This document shows, piece after piece, positions 49,903 to 58,937 of a DNA stretch of 64,000 nucleotides. The notes under the pieces were generated by a model, which made no database searches, was not told the DNA's origin, and saw only the letters and a list, made by a program, of their open reading frames with translations. The DNA comes from Nitrospinaceae bacterium. Lineage in GTDB: Bacteria; Nitrospinota; Nitrospinia; Nitrospinales; Nitrospinaceae. A program made the position numbers and the translations under genes. Positions within the stretch are counted from its first letter, which is position 1. Every line of letters starts with the position of its first letter. The DNA lies in NCBI GenBank assembly GCA_965237905.1, contig OZ250172.1, forward strand, positions 768,001 through 832,000, read 5' to 3'.

Positions 49903-50310
49903 TCAGGAAGTCTCTTCCGGGGTCACGGTGGGTAGCGCGGCGGCATGATGGAGAATCATTTCCCAGTCGCCTCCCACTTTCTGAAACAGGTTGGTGGCGT
50001 GCACCTTGGAGCTTTGGACACCGGTCATTTTGATGGAAAACAGGTTTTCCTGGCAACTCACCCAGGCAAAATCATCCTGGATCACCACATCCGCGTCGGA
50101 CACTTTGATTTCCATGTGCTGGTTGTGGTGAAAAATATCCTCCCAGCTTTGGATGATCTCTTCATATCCCTTGAGCACCGGCCAACCGGGATGAATACAA
50201 CGGGCGCAAGCATCGTCCTGCCACACGTCTTTCATCATGGCTAAATCCTGCTTGTTGAACGCGTCGTAAAACGATTGGTTGGAGGATAAAATTTGCTGGT
50301 CAGTTTGCAT
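49903..50310 (-). CDS. SnoaL/NTF2-like domain protein
   Basis: NQSFYDAF, CIHPGW, ATNLF, WEMILHHA. Confidence 0.85.
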   Translation of the reverse strand: MQTDQQILSSNQSFYDAFNKQDLAMMKDVWQDDACARCIHPGWPVLKGYEEIIQSWEDIFHHNQHMEIKVSDADVVIQDDFAWVSCQENLFSIKMTGVQSSKVHATNLFQKVGGDWEMILHHAAALPTVTPEETS

Positions 50311-50381
50311 TATAGGTTTCGTTTCCGTCTGAGGTTTGAGAATAAGTGCGTGAGCGGGGTCTACATTCCTATTAGAAGGCT

Positions 50382-50987
50382 TTACCCCGGAGCTTTCAAC
50401 AAATATTCGAGAGCCTTGAATGTTTCTTCCGATTCCCAGTTTTTAGCGCCATCGACTTCAGCCACCACCATACCCTTTTTATCGATCACGAAAGTGGTGG
50501 GAATGGTGAGGGTATGGTACCGGCTTTCCACCTCTCCGTCCGAGTCGAGCAATACCGGGAAGGACAATCGGTACTCGTCGGCAAATGTCTGAACCTTGTC
50601 GGAAGACCCCTTATCGAGACTGACCGCCAGTATTTCCAGGCCCTCGGACCGGTACCGGCGGTAAAGGTTTTCCATTCCGGGCATTTCCACCCGGCAGGGC
50701 CCGCACCAGGTGGCCCACAAATTGAGAATAACCACCTTCCCCTTATGGTCCGCCAGTTGCACGCGGTGGCCTTTCAGGTTGCGCACGGTAAAGGCCGGCG
50801 CCTTGAACCCCACCTCTGATTTTTCAATATCGACACCGGGCGGCAATTGGACATCCGCCAGGGTCATCGGCGTCTCATAGTAATGATCCACCATGATCAG
50901 AATCGCGGCGACAAACAACACCGCATAAATAGCCGCGTACTTTTTAGTGAGAGTAGAGCCGCTCTTTTTTGATACGGTCGATTTCAT
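50382..50987 (-). CDS. TlpA/CcmG-like membrane-anchored thiol-disulfide reductase
   Basis: NLWATWCGPCRVEMP, IPTTFVID; last gene of the ccm operon. Confidence 0.9.
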   Translation of the reverse strand: MKSTVSKKSGSTLTKKYAAIYAVLFVAAILIMVDHYYETPMTLADVQLPPGVDIEKSEVGFKAPAFTVRNLKGHRVQLADHKGKVVILNLWATWCGPCRVEMPGMENLYRRYRSEGLEILAVSLDKGSSDKVQTFADEYRLSFPVLLDSDGEVESRYHTLTIPTTFVIDKKGMVVAEVDGAKNWESEETFKALEYLLKAPG

Positions 50988-51654
50988 CTTTCATCCGTTC
51001 GAGCCGCACCCGCAGGCTCATCAAAAGAAAATAAAGCAGGGTGAACGCCGCCAGGGAAATCATCAAGGTTATAAACATTGGAGTTTCCAGACCCGTGCCG
51101 AGACCTTCGCCTGTCAAAACTTTAGGATCCGGGTGGAGGGTGTTCCACCATAATACGGAGAAATGGATCAAGGGTATGTCGAGAAACCCGACAATTCCTA
51201 TCACGGCGGCGTACTTGGCGCGGGTGGAACCGGGTTCGCTCTGCGCCCGGAGCATCAGGTAAGCGACATAGATCAGCCACAAAACAAGGGTGGAAGTCAA
51301 ACGTGCGTCCCACACCCACCAGACACCCCAGATCGGTTTACCCCACAGCGGACCGGTGATCAACACCAGGGAACAGAAGACAATACCGATTTCCGCCGAG
51401 GCATGGGCGTATATATCCCATTCCCGCTCTTTCTTCCAGAGATACAGAATACTGCACAGGAAGACTATGAAAAACGCGAAGAACGCGATCCACGCCGAAG
51501 GCACATGAAAATACATGACGCGTTGAACCGCCTGTTCCGTTTTTTCCGTCGGGACATAGATAAAAATTGCCCACAAGGCCGCCAGAATACTCACGCCCGT
51601 CAGACCCATCAGGCCGTAACCGGGGCTTTCATTTTCTTCAGAAGCGTCACTCAT
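50944..51654 (-). CDS. ccmC: Heme exporter / chaperone-loading protein CcmC
   Basis: YFHVPSAW, WGKPIWGVWWVWDARLT, WWNTLHP. Confidence 0.93.
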   Translation of the reverse strand: MSDASEENESPGYGLMGLTGVSILAALWAIFIYVPTEKTEQAVQRVMYFHVPSAWIAFFAFFIVFLCSILYLWKKEREWDIYAHASAEIGIVFCSLVLITGPLWGKPIWGVWWVWDARLTSTLVLWLIYVAYLMLRAQSEPGSTRAKYAAVIGIVGFLDIPLIHFSVLWWNTLHPDPKVLTGEGLGTGLETPMFITLMISLAAFTLLYFLLMSLRVRLERMKDEIDRIKKERLYSH

Positions 51655-51799
51655 GGTCCGAATCCTTTTTCAGAGTTTCCTTGAGCAGGTCCAGATCCTT
51701 TTTGAGGGAATGATTCCGCCGGACGAGGGAGAACACGTACACAAAAATCCCGCCCCAGACAAACACGTTGGCCGCAAACAAATACTCCATGTATTTCAT
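51647..51799 (-). CDS. ccmD: CcmD-like small membrane protein (50 aa), below the ORF-track cutoff
   Basis: MKYMEYLFAANVFVWGGIFVYVFSLVRRNHSLKKDLDLLKETLKKDSDHE, between ccmB and ccmC. Confidence 0.75.
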   Translation of the reverse strand: MKYMEYLFAANVFVWGGIFVYVFSLVRRNHSLKKDLDLLKETLKKDSDHE

Positions 51800-51803
51800 G
51801 CAA

Positions 51804-52484
51804 TCACTCCTCTAAAATATGATCGATCGTCATAATGGATGCGCTGATAAAGATAATGTCGAAACAGAGGATCAATCCCACCCAGTTCATCATATCCGCG
51901 AGGGATTTACCATCCAAAATCTGCCCGGTCAATTGGACCGATCCGATGGCTATCGGCACCATCAGCGGATACAGCAAAATCGGAAGCATGATCTCCCGCG
52001 TTTTCAAATTGGAAGACAGGGAGGACAACAGCGTCCCCAGAGCGCTGAAACCCAGCGTACCCATAAAAACAACCGCCAGCAAGGGTGCCAGATGAGACCC
52101 AATATCCACATTAAAAAATATCATGAACACCGGCAGAAGGAACGCTTCCATGATCAGTAGAAACGCCAGATTGCTCAGCATTTTTCCGAAGAAGATAGCC
52201 GAGCGGTCGACCGGTGCCAGCATCAAACCCTGCAGACAACCGTTTTCCTTTTCCAGCGTAAACGAACGGTTGAGCCCAAGCGTGCCCGCAAACAGGATAG
52301 CCACCCACAAAACTCCCGGCCCGACTTTGCTAGTTTTCACAAGACTCAGGTCAATGGAAAAAATAAAGATCAACATCACCAATACCGCGAACACAAACAT
52401 GGAACTGAACAGCTCGCGGGTTTTCAGCTCGGTGACGAAATCTTTCCAGATGATCGCCTTCACCTGTGACAGATAAGCGCTCAT
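51804..52484 (-). CDS. ccmB: Heme exporter permease CcmB
   Basis: WKDFVTELK, GVLWVAILFAG, EKENGCLQGL, LPILLYPL. Confidence 0.92.
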   Translation of the reverse strand: MSAYLSQVKAIIWKDFVTELKTRELFSSMFVFAVLVMLIFIFSIDLSLVKTSKVGPGVLWVAILFAGTLGLNRSFTLEKENGCLQGLMLAPVDRSAIFFGKMLSNLAFLLIMEAFLLPVFMIFFNVDIGSHLAPLLAVVFMGTLGFSALGTLLSSLSSNLKTREIMLPILLYPLMVPIAIGSVQLTGQILDGKSLADMMNWVGLILCFDIIFISASIMTIDHILEE

Positions 52485-53230
52485 CTCAACTCCTTTGTCT
52501 GTCCCACTTTTTCGAGATACAACCGTTCAAAGCCGGCGGGGTCGACCTGGTCCGCCGATTCCCACAGGGCCAGTTTTCCGCGGACCATGATCGCCACCCG
52601 GTCGCACATTTCCAGTCCGCGCGAAAAGTCGTGGGTGGTCATCAGAATCGTCCGTTGATCCGTGTGCAGGGCCTGCAACTGCTCCTTGAGAATTCCCGAC
52701 GCGTGCTGGTCCAGTCCCGTATACGGTTCATCCAGAAACAGGATCGATGGATTGTGCACAATCGCCCGCGCGATGGATAACCGTTGCAACATGCCCCGGC
52801 TGAACGTCCGCACACGGTCGTGCATTCTCGGCTTCAGCCCCACCTCGTCAATCACCTCGATGGCCCGTTCCTCCGCCCGTTCCACGCCGTACATCGTGGC
52901 GTAAAAACGAATATTCTCGAGCGGCGACAAATCGGCGTATAAAAAACTGGCGTGGGAAATCACCCCGATTGCACGCCGCATTTCCGGGTCCGCCTCCTCC
53001 ACATCATATCCCGCCACGGTGGCGGTGCCGGACGAGGGCCGGGTCAACGCCGACAGAATGCCGATCAACGTCGTTTTACCGGCACCGTTGGGACCGAACA
53101 AACTCAGGAATTCGCCTTTCTTCAACTCGAAGTCAACACCGCGCAATGCTTCCAAATGCCCAAAATGTTTTCGGATGCCTTGCACCTGAATGGCTTGGCT
53201 GGGATTCGGCGAAGGTTTGGATTCAGTCAT
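52481..53230 (-). CDS. ccmA: Heme exporter ATP-binding protein CcmA
   Basis: GPNGAGKTT, FSRGMLQRL, LDEPYTGLD. Confidence 0.9.
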   Translation of the reverse strand: MTESKPSPNPSQAIQVQGIRKHFGHLEALRGVDFELKKGEFLSLFGPNGAGKTTLIGILSALTRPSSGTATVAGYDVEEADPEMRRAIGVISHASFLYADLSPLENIRFYATMYGVERAEERAIEVIDEVGLKPRMHDRVRTFSRGMLQRLSIARAIVHNPSILFLDEPYTGLDQHASGILKEQLQALHTDQRTILMTTHDFSRGLEMCDRVAIMVRGKLALWESADQVDPAGFERLYLEKVGQTKELR

Positions 53231-53266
53231 GAGGGATAGGGAGGTTGGGGACGACTCATCGGCGAA

Positions 53267-53596
53267 TCAAGCCGCACCCGCGGTCTTTTTTTTCTGCTTC
53301 AACTGCTTTTCCAATGTGTCTATTTTTTCCAGGAGGTCCACCGCCTCCTCCTCCAGCTTGTGGTGGAGCGCTTCGAAATCCGGTTTGGATATTTTATCGG
53401 TCTTGAAATCGAATTCCAGTTCTTTAATGGCCAGCAGCACTTCCTCTTTGCGGACCAGAAGATGTTTGTACTCTTCCTCGGCAGGGTCCAGAGGCGCGAA
53501 CAACCGTCTGGGAGGGAGCTTCGAAAACAGGGGAATGCCGACGGCCACCAGAATCAAGACAACAAGAATCAACTGTAGGAAGTTCGCACCGGTCAT
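53267..53596 (-). CDS. CcmI N-terminal-like membrane protein
   Basis: TM followed by IKELEFDFKTDKIS motif; lies within the ccm operon. Confidence 0.7.
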   Translation of the reverse strand: MTGANFLQLILVVLILVAVGIPLFSKLPPRRLFAPLDPAEEEYKHLLVRKEEVLLAIKELEFDFKTDKISKPDFEALHHKLEEEAVDLLEKIDTLEKQLKQKKKTAGAA

Positions 53597-53600
53597 AGTG

Positions 53601-54095
53601 TCAGGATTCTAACCGGTCGAGTTCGTCTTTCAGCCTCTTGGAATACTTTCCGGAGGGAGCATCTGCCTCGGACGCCGATTCCTCTCCGCTTGCGTCGGCA
53701 TCCTTTTCGGTTTGGACCGGGCGTACCCAGGATTGGATCACCTTACGCACCCCGAAACCGCCGATCGCCAACGCCGCAAACGGCATGATCCAGGCCGAAA
53801 GGTTGAAGCCCGACTTGGTCGGGGCCGACAGCACCGTTTCGCCGTACTTGTCGACATACTGTTTAACGATCTGATCCACCGTCAATCCGGAATCCAGTTT
53901 CGCCGTCAGGGCTTTGCGCGTTTCCTTGGAGGTGTCGCAGGTGCAGTTGATCAGTACCTTGCCGCATTTGTCGTCGCATTTGCACATCAGCGCATTTTCC
54001 AGATCGGCCAATTGCGACGCGGCCCAAACGGTCGCCGGCCCTGCAAGCAGAACCAGTGCAGCTACCATCAACATATAGATTCGAATCGTTTTCAT
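53601..54095 (-). CDS. ccmH: CcmH family protein (Cys-rich variant)
   Basis: LMCKCDDKCG...CTC, YVDKYGETVLSAP, AWIMP; start at ATG 54095. Confidence 0.85.
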   Translation of the reverse strand: MKTIRIYMLMVAALVLLAGPATVWAASQLADLENALMCKCDDKCGKVLINCTCDTSKETRKALTAKLDSGLTVDQIVKQYVDKYGETVLSAPTKSGFNLSAWIMPFAALAIGGFGVRKVIQSWVRPVQTEKDADASGEESASEADAPSGKYSKRLKDELDRLES

Positions 54096-54100
54096 AGGTC

Positions 54101-56116
54101 TCACTCCTGCGCCGGCATGAAGATGGCTTCCTGACGTTTCAAACGTTCCGTCCTGCGGCGGATTTCCAATCGATCCGGCCACACGGCGATCATGGTCCCA
54201 AACGCGATGACCCAGCCGCCCAGCCATATCCATTTGACCATCGGTTTGACGTACACCTTGATGGTGGCGGAACTGTTATCTGGATTAAAATCCGCCAGGA
54301 CCATGTACACGTCTTCTTTTAATGTGGAGATCAAATCCACTTCCGTGACCGGCTGGTTCTGTCCCTTGTAAAACTCCTTCTCTGGCAAACCGGTCCATAT
54401 TCTTTTGCCATCTCGCTCGATTCCCAACTGGGCGATGACCCGGGTCTTGGTGCTATTCTGCTCCTTCACTAACAGCTTCTCGTAGATGAAATCATAACCG
54501 CGCAGTTGAAACCGGTCGCCGATGTTGAGCTGTTTCTCCACGTCAGTGCTGTACGACTGAGACCCGGCGATACCCGCAAATATCAGGACCACTCCCAGGT
54601 GAACGATATAACCTCCGTACCGGCCTTTATTTTTCCAGACCATGCCGGACAGCGCATTGACCGGGGACTCCCCATGCGCTTCCATGCGGGCGCCGGTACC
54701 TTTCCTGAATTCGATGAGCATGGACGTCATCACAAAGATGCACAGAATGAAGGTGATGTAGGTGAAGATTTCTGATTTGTCGGTGAGCGGAACGAACGGG
54801 AACAAAATAGCGGCACCCACCGCCGCCGTCAGGACCGGTTTCGTGAAATTCTTTTTCAGGTTCGACCAGCTTGACCGGCGCCACGCGATGACGGGTCCGA
54901 TACCGATCAACGCCAGCAGGACCATCCCGATAGGCACGTTCACCTGGTTGTAAAACGGCGGACCGACAGTGATCTTCACCCCGCGGAACGCTTCGGATAC
55001 GATCGGGAAAATGGTGCCCCAGAACGTAGCGAACGCGATTCCCAGAAGCACCAGGTTGTTGAGCAGAAAACTGCTCTCGCGGGATAAGAACGAGTCGAGT
55101 TCATTTTTACTTTGCAACAGTGGCAGACGCAGTAAAATCATCGTTACCGCAAACGCGATGATCACCCCGAGGAATCCCAGGAAGTAATAACCGAGTGTTG
55201 CTTCGTCAAACGTATGCACCGACTGGATCAACCCGCTCCGGGTGATAAAGGTGCCGAAGATGGTCATCACGAACGTCAACAGAACCAGCGACATGTTCCA
55301 GACCTTCATCATGTCCTTCTTCTCCTGGATCTGCACCGAATGCAGATAAGCGGTAGCGACGATCAACGGCATAAACGCCGCGTTCTCCACCGGGTCCCAC
55401 GCCCAGTAACCGCCCCAACCCAGTTCGACATACGCCCATTGCGCGCCGAACAGATTTCCCATACACAGGAAGAACCACGACACCAGCGTCCATTTCCGGG
55501 TCAGGCGAATCCAGCCGTCGTCCAGATTTTTGGTGAGCAGTGCGGCGGTAGCAAAAGCAAAGGGTACGGTAAACCCGACATACCCGAGGTATAAGGTCGG
55601 CGGGTGAATCACCATCCAGTAATTCTGAAGGAGCGGGTTCAGGCCCCGTCCATCGGCCGGTGGTATGGGAAGACGCTCAAACGGATTGGTCGAAAAGTTG
55701 AGGAGCACCAGGAAAAACAGGGTGATGACCATCATCACCGCCAGCGCAATGGGCACCAGCCGGACGTTCTGTTTCCGGTTCTGGACGTGGACCACCATCA
55801 TGTAGGTGGTGAGAATCAGAGTCCAGAAAAGTAGCGACCCCTTCTGCCCGCCCCAGAACGAGGAAAATTTGTAGAAGAAATCGAGGTCGATGTTGGAATA
55901 GGCGGCGACGTATTGCAGGCTGAAATCGTTGGTCAGAAAAGCCTTCCACAGCGCGACGGAGGAGACCATGATACAGGCCCAGACAATGATGGGGGTTTTG
56001 TCGGCGCTCATGTAGACGTCGACCCGGTTACTCCGGAAGGCCATCACATAGGAAACAACCCCGTAAAGGGCTGTCGCCAAGGCCAGCAATAATGCAAATT
56101 CTCCGATATCATTCAT
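54101..56116 (-). CDS. ccmF: Heme lyase CcmF
   Basis: WGGQKGSLLFW, GLNPLLQ, IHPPTLYLGY, WGGYWAWDPVEN, TRSGLIQSVH. Confidence 0.96.
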   Translation of the reverse strand: MNDIGEFALLLALATALYGVVSYVMAFRSNRVDVYMSADKTPIIVWACIMVSSVALWKAFLTNDFSLQYVAAYSNIDLDFFYKFSSFWGGQKGSLLFWTLILTTYMMVVHVQNRKQNVRLVPIALAVMMVITLFFLVLLNFSTNPFERLPIPPADGRGLNPLLQNYWMVIHPPTLYLGYVGFTVPFAFATAALLTKNLDDGWIRLTRKWTLVSWFFLCMGNLFGAQWAYVELGWGGYWAWDPVENAAFMPLIVATAYLHSVQIQEKKDMMKVWNMSLVLLTFVMTIFGTFITRSGLIQSVHTFDEATLGYYFLGFLGVIIAFAVTMILLRLPLLQSKNELDSFLSRESSFLLNNLVLLGIAFATFWGTIFPIVSEAFRGVKITVGPPFYNQVNVPIGMVLLALIGIGPVIAWRRSSWSNLKKNFTKPVLTAAVGAAILFPFVPLTDKSEIFTYITFILCIFVMTSMLIEFRKGTGARMEAHGESPVNALSGMVWKNKGRYGGYIVHLGVVLIFAGIAGSQSYSTDVEKQLNIGDRFQLRGYDFIYEKLLVKEQNSTKTRVIAQLGIERDGKRIWTGLPEKEFYKGQNQPVTEVDLISTLKEDVYMVLADFNPDNSSATIKVYVKPMVKWIWLGGWVIAFGTMIAVWPDRLEIRRRTERLKRQEAIFMPAQE

Positions 56117-56203
56117 ATGATAATGATCCTGTTGCCTCCGGCTCGGTGGAATCCACTCGGGGTGAAGTCAGCACCGCATGGCCTCAATGACTCGATTTGG
56201 GAA

Positions 56204-56698
56204 TTAGATCGTAGTTTTTCCGGGCTGGATTTTGGGCGATTCCAAAGCGGGTTGTTTGTCCTTGCCATAAGGGATGTTTCCCGGATGGGTTTTTCCCGCT
56301 TCCTTTTCCGCTTCATATTTGGAAGGACAACTGGTCATCAACGTATTTGCATGGAAAACCCCGTCCCTTCCCAAAGTGCCTTCCACTACCACTTCCCGGC
56401 CATCTTCAAACATGTCGGGAGTAATCCCTTTATAGGTAACGGGTAACGTCGACTTGTTCTCTTCAATCCGGAACGAAACATCGAGCGTGTCGTTCGGGTT
56501 CCGGTTGATCGACCCGTTGACCACGGTGCCCTTCACCTTGAGTCCGGCCCCATGATACTGGGTGGTCCCGGCGGCCTGCAACTCGTCCACCGTAAAGAAA
56601 AACTTGGAGGTGGTGCTGATGCTGGTGGTAATCAGGTAACCCACCGCCAGAACAATCAAAACGCTGCCAATCACAAATTTGATCTGCTTGTGTTTCAT
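56204..56698 (-). CDS. ccmE: Heme chaperone CcmE (CxxxY variant)
   Basis: YKGITPDMF, VVVEG, TSCPSKY. Confidence 0.92.
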   Translation of the reverse strand: MKHKQIKFVIGSVLIVLAVGYLITTSISTTSKFFFTVDELQAAGTTQYHGAGLKVKGTVVNGSINRNPNDTLDVSFRIEENKSTLPVTYKGITPDMFEDGREVVVEGTLGRDGVFHANTLMTSCPSKYEAEKEAGKTHPGNIPYGKDKQPALESPKIQPGKTTI

Positions 56699-56835
56699 CT
56701 TATATACGCTCTGCCCCGAAACCGGGTTAAAGGGTTTAAAAACATGCTATTTCCCCGCTTTTAGCCTCATAGTATCACTCACAAAATGCCCCTGTCAAAG
56801 CAAATCCCCACGGGATGCACAGAGAAAACCAATGG

Positions 56836-56865
56836 ACCACAGATGAACACAGATAAACACGGATG
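56836..56865 (+). repeat. Triple repeat with 10-bp period
   Basis: ACCACAGATG AACACAGATA AACACGGATG; near-identical to 33710-33739. Confidence 0.8.
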
Positions 56866-56924
56866 GGGAGAACAATATCGAAGGGGTAATGGAAAGCCTG
56901 GAGCCATTTTTTGAAGGAAAAGTA

Positions 56925-56981
56925 TAAGGTAGAAGCCCCCCAACCCCCTTCTCCGAAGGGGGTTGGGGGGCTTCTACCTTA
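56925..56981. repeat. Perfect inverted repeat, 27-bp arms and 3-nt loop
   Basis: TAAGGTAGAAGCCCCCCAACCCCCTTC-TCC-GAAGGGGGTTGGGGGGCTTCTACCTTA. Confidence 0.95.
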
Positions 56982-57089
56982 ATTTGTTCATCCCGTTATC
57001 CTGTCTATTTTTTGGCTTTCTCTGCGATTCCCGCGTTCTCCGCAGCCGGGCCTTGCCCGGGTGGCGAACCGCCACGAGTAAATTGATAT

Positions 57090-57155
57090 CCGTGAATTGC
57101 GCCCAAGGATCATCGCTTTCCGTGAACTGTCAGCCCACTCCCCCTCCGGGTAGGA
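57090..57155 (-). repeat. Copy D of the dispersed structured element
   Basis: Minus strand: CCTACCCGGAG...GCTGAC-AGTTCACGG-AAAGCGATGA-TCCTT-GGGCGCAAT. Confidence 0.7.
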
Positions 57156-57179
57156 GGTGTATATTTTTCACTTTTTTTG

Positions 57180-57238
57180 TTGACAGAATGTCGCACTGTG
57201 TTAGCATAGTGTCTTAATGTGTTACAAAGTGTTACAAA
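57180..57238 (+). promoter_or_regulatory. dcw promoter overlapped by ~10-bp-spaced MraZ-type boxes
   Basis: TTGACA at 57180, TGnTAGCAT -10; RTGTY at 57188, 57198, 57209, 57219 and 57229. Confidence 0.65.
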
Positions 57239-57272
57239 CCGATTATACAGACACCATCTCCTGGCAGAGAAA

Positions 57273-57656
57273 ATGAACGGTTTTTTAGGGACTTACAGCG
57301 TAAATATGGACGAAAAGGGCCGCCTCAATGTGCCCTCCAAGTTCAAGGCCATTATGGAGAAGTTTTACGATCCTAATTTGGTGGTGGCTGTCATGGATAA
57401 TTTTCTGATCGCCTTTCCCCAGAAGGAATGGCAGATCAACGAGGAAAGATTAAATAGTTTGTCCGGGCTGGAACGGGAAGATCGGCAAAAGATGAGGGAG
57501 TTTTATTCCCAGGCCAGCGAGTGTGAGTTGAAATCCGGAAAGCTTTTGGTTCCCCAGTTTCAGCGGGAAATCGCCGGATTGAGCAAGGAGGTCGTACTAG
57601 TCGGGATGTCTAAAACGTTTGAAATTTGGGCGGGGGACCGGTGGAACAAATCCTGA
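57273..57656 (+). CDS. mraZ: Transcriptional regulator MraZ
   Basis: DEKGRLNVPSKF, FEIW; first gene of the dcw cluster. Confidence 0.93.
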   Translation: MNGFLGTYSVNMDEKGRLNVPSKFKAIMEKFYDPNLVVAVMDNFLIAFPQKEWQINEERLNSLSGLEREDRQKMREFYSQASECELKSGKLLVPQFQREIAGLSKEVVLVGMSKTFEIWAGDRWNKS

Positions 57657-57684
57657 CCGCTCAAACCATGGGAGGGCAACCGCC

Positions 57685-58623
57685 ATGGTGGACTATCACA
57701 TACCCGTACTGAGAGAGGAGGTCCTCCATTATTTAAACGCCGGGGACAAACATCTCATCGTCGATGGAACATTAGGCGATGGGGGGCATGCCGAAGCGAT
57801 ATTGCAGAATTCCGGGCCACAATGCCGGGTTCTGGGAATCGACCGGGATGCCGAGGCCCTGGCCCGAGCCCGCAAGCGTTTGGCTCCTTTTGGAGAGAGG
57901 ATCATTTTGGTGCACGGGAATTACAGTGAAATCCAAAGCATCCTGGCTCAAAGGAACATCCAGGAAATCGACGGCTTGCTTTTGGACCTCGGGGTTTCGT
58001 CCCGACAGTTGGACACCCCGGAGCGCGGGTTCAGCTTCACACACGACGGACCTCTCGACATGCGAATGGATCGGGAGGATACAGCGACAGCGGCGGATTT
58101 ACTTGAAACGCTGTCCGATAAAGAATTAGAAGACATTATTAAAAATTACGGAGAAGAACGGCACTACAAAAAGATCGTACGGTTTATCCGCAAAGCGCAG
58201 GGCAAAGGCCCCCTAAGTACAACTGCCTCACTTTCTAAAATCCTCTCCAGCGCGGCTAGAACTCCGCGTCCTACAAGGATTCATCCCTCCACACGAACCT
58301 TCCAAGCCCTGCGCATTGCGGTCAACCGTGAACTCGATCATCTCCGAACCTCTCTTACCGACTCCCTGCAAATTTTGAACGCCACCGCCCGAATGGTGGT
58401 GATCTCCTTTCACTCCCTGGAAGACCGTATTGTGAAGCAGTTCTTCCGCGATGAAGAGCAAGCATGCGTCTGCCCTCCGAAAATGCCGATCTGCATTTGC
58501 GGCAAAAAGAGCAGGCTGAAGGTCATCACCCGCCGCGTGGTCACACCGTCTGTGGACGAGGTGCGTGCCAATCCCCGCGCTTCCAGCTCCAAGCTGAGAG
58601 CGGCTGAAAGAATTTATGCTTAA
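57685..58623 (+). CDS. rsmH: 16S rRNA m4C1402 methyltransferase
   Basis: HIPVL, DGTLGDGGH, DLGVSS, LDMRMD, FQALRIAVN, SFHSLEDRIVK. Confidence 0.96.
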   Translation: MVDYHIPVLREEVLHYLNAGDKHLIVDGTLGDGGHAEAILQNSGPQCRVLGIDRDAEALARARKRLAPFGERIILVHGNYSEIQSILAQRNIQEIDGLLLDLGVSSRQLDTPERGFSFTHDGPLDMRMDREDTATAADLLETLSDKELEDIIKNYGEERHYKKIVRFIRKAQGKGPLSTTASLSKILSSAARTPRPTRIHPSTRTFQALRIAVNRELDHLRTSLTDSLQILNATARMVVISFHSLEDRIVKQFFRDEEQACVCPPKMPICICGKKSRLKVITRRVVTPSVDEVRANPRASSSKLRAAERIYA

Positions 58624-58933
58624 GATCGCCCGCAAACTGGTGGCCGAATGGTTTCACGTCTCGCCCCGGGAGTTTGGGGTGGTGGTTCTGGTGGGCTTTT
58701 TGTTTCTCGTGTGTGCCCTGGTTTATGTCTGGCCCAACGTCAAGATGGTGAACCTGGCTTATGAATTCCAGGAACAGAAACGCCTGCACCAGGAGCTGAT
58801 TCAGGAAAACAGCCTGCTGAAACTTGAGCGGGATAGTTTGATGTCGCTGGACCGCATCCAGTATCTGGCGGAAACCCAGATCGGTATGAAAGAGCCGCAA
58901 CCCGGGCAAGTGGTCACTATTCTGTTGAAATAA
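58616..58933 (+). CDS. ftsL: Cell division protein FtsL
   Basis: Single TM plus coiled coil, LDRIQYLA...GM; lies between rsmH and ftsI. Confidence 0.85.
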   Translation: MLKIARKLVAEWFHVSPREFGVVVLVGFLFLVCALVYVWPNVKMVNLAYEFQEQKRLHQELIQENSLLKLERDSLMSLDRIQYLAETQIGMKEPQPGQVVTILLK

Positions 58934-58937
58934 CATC

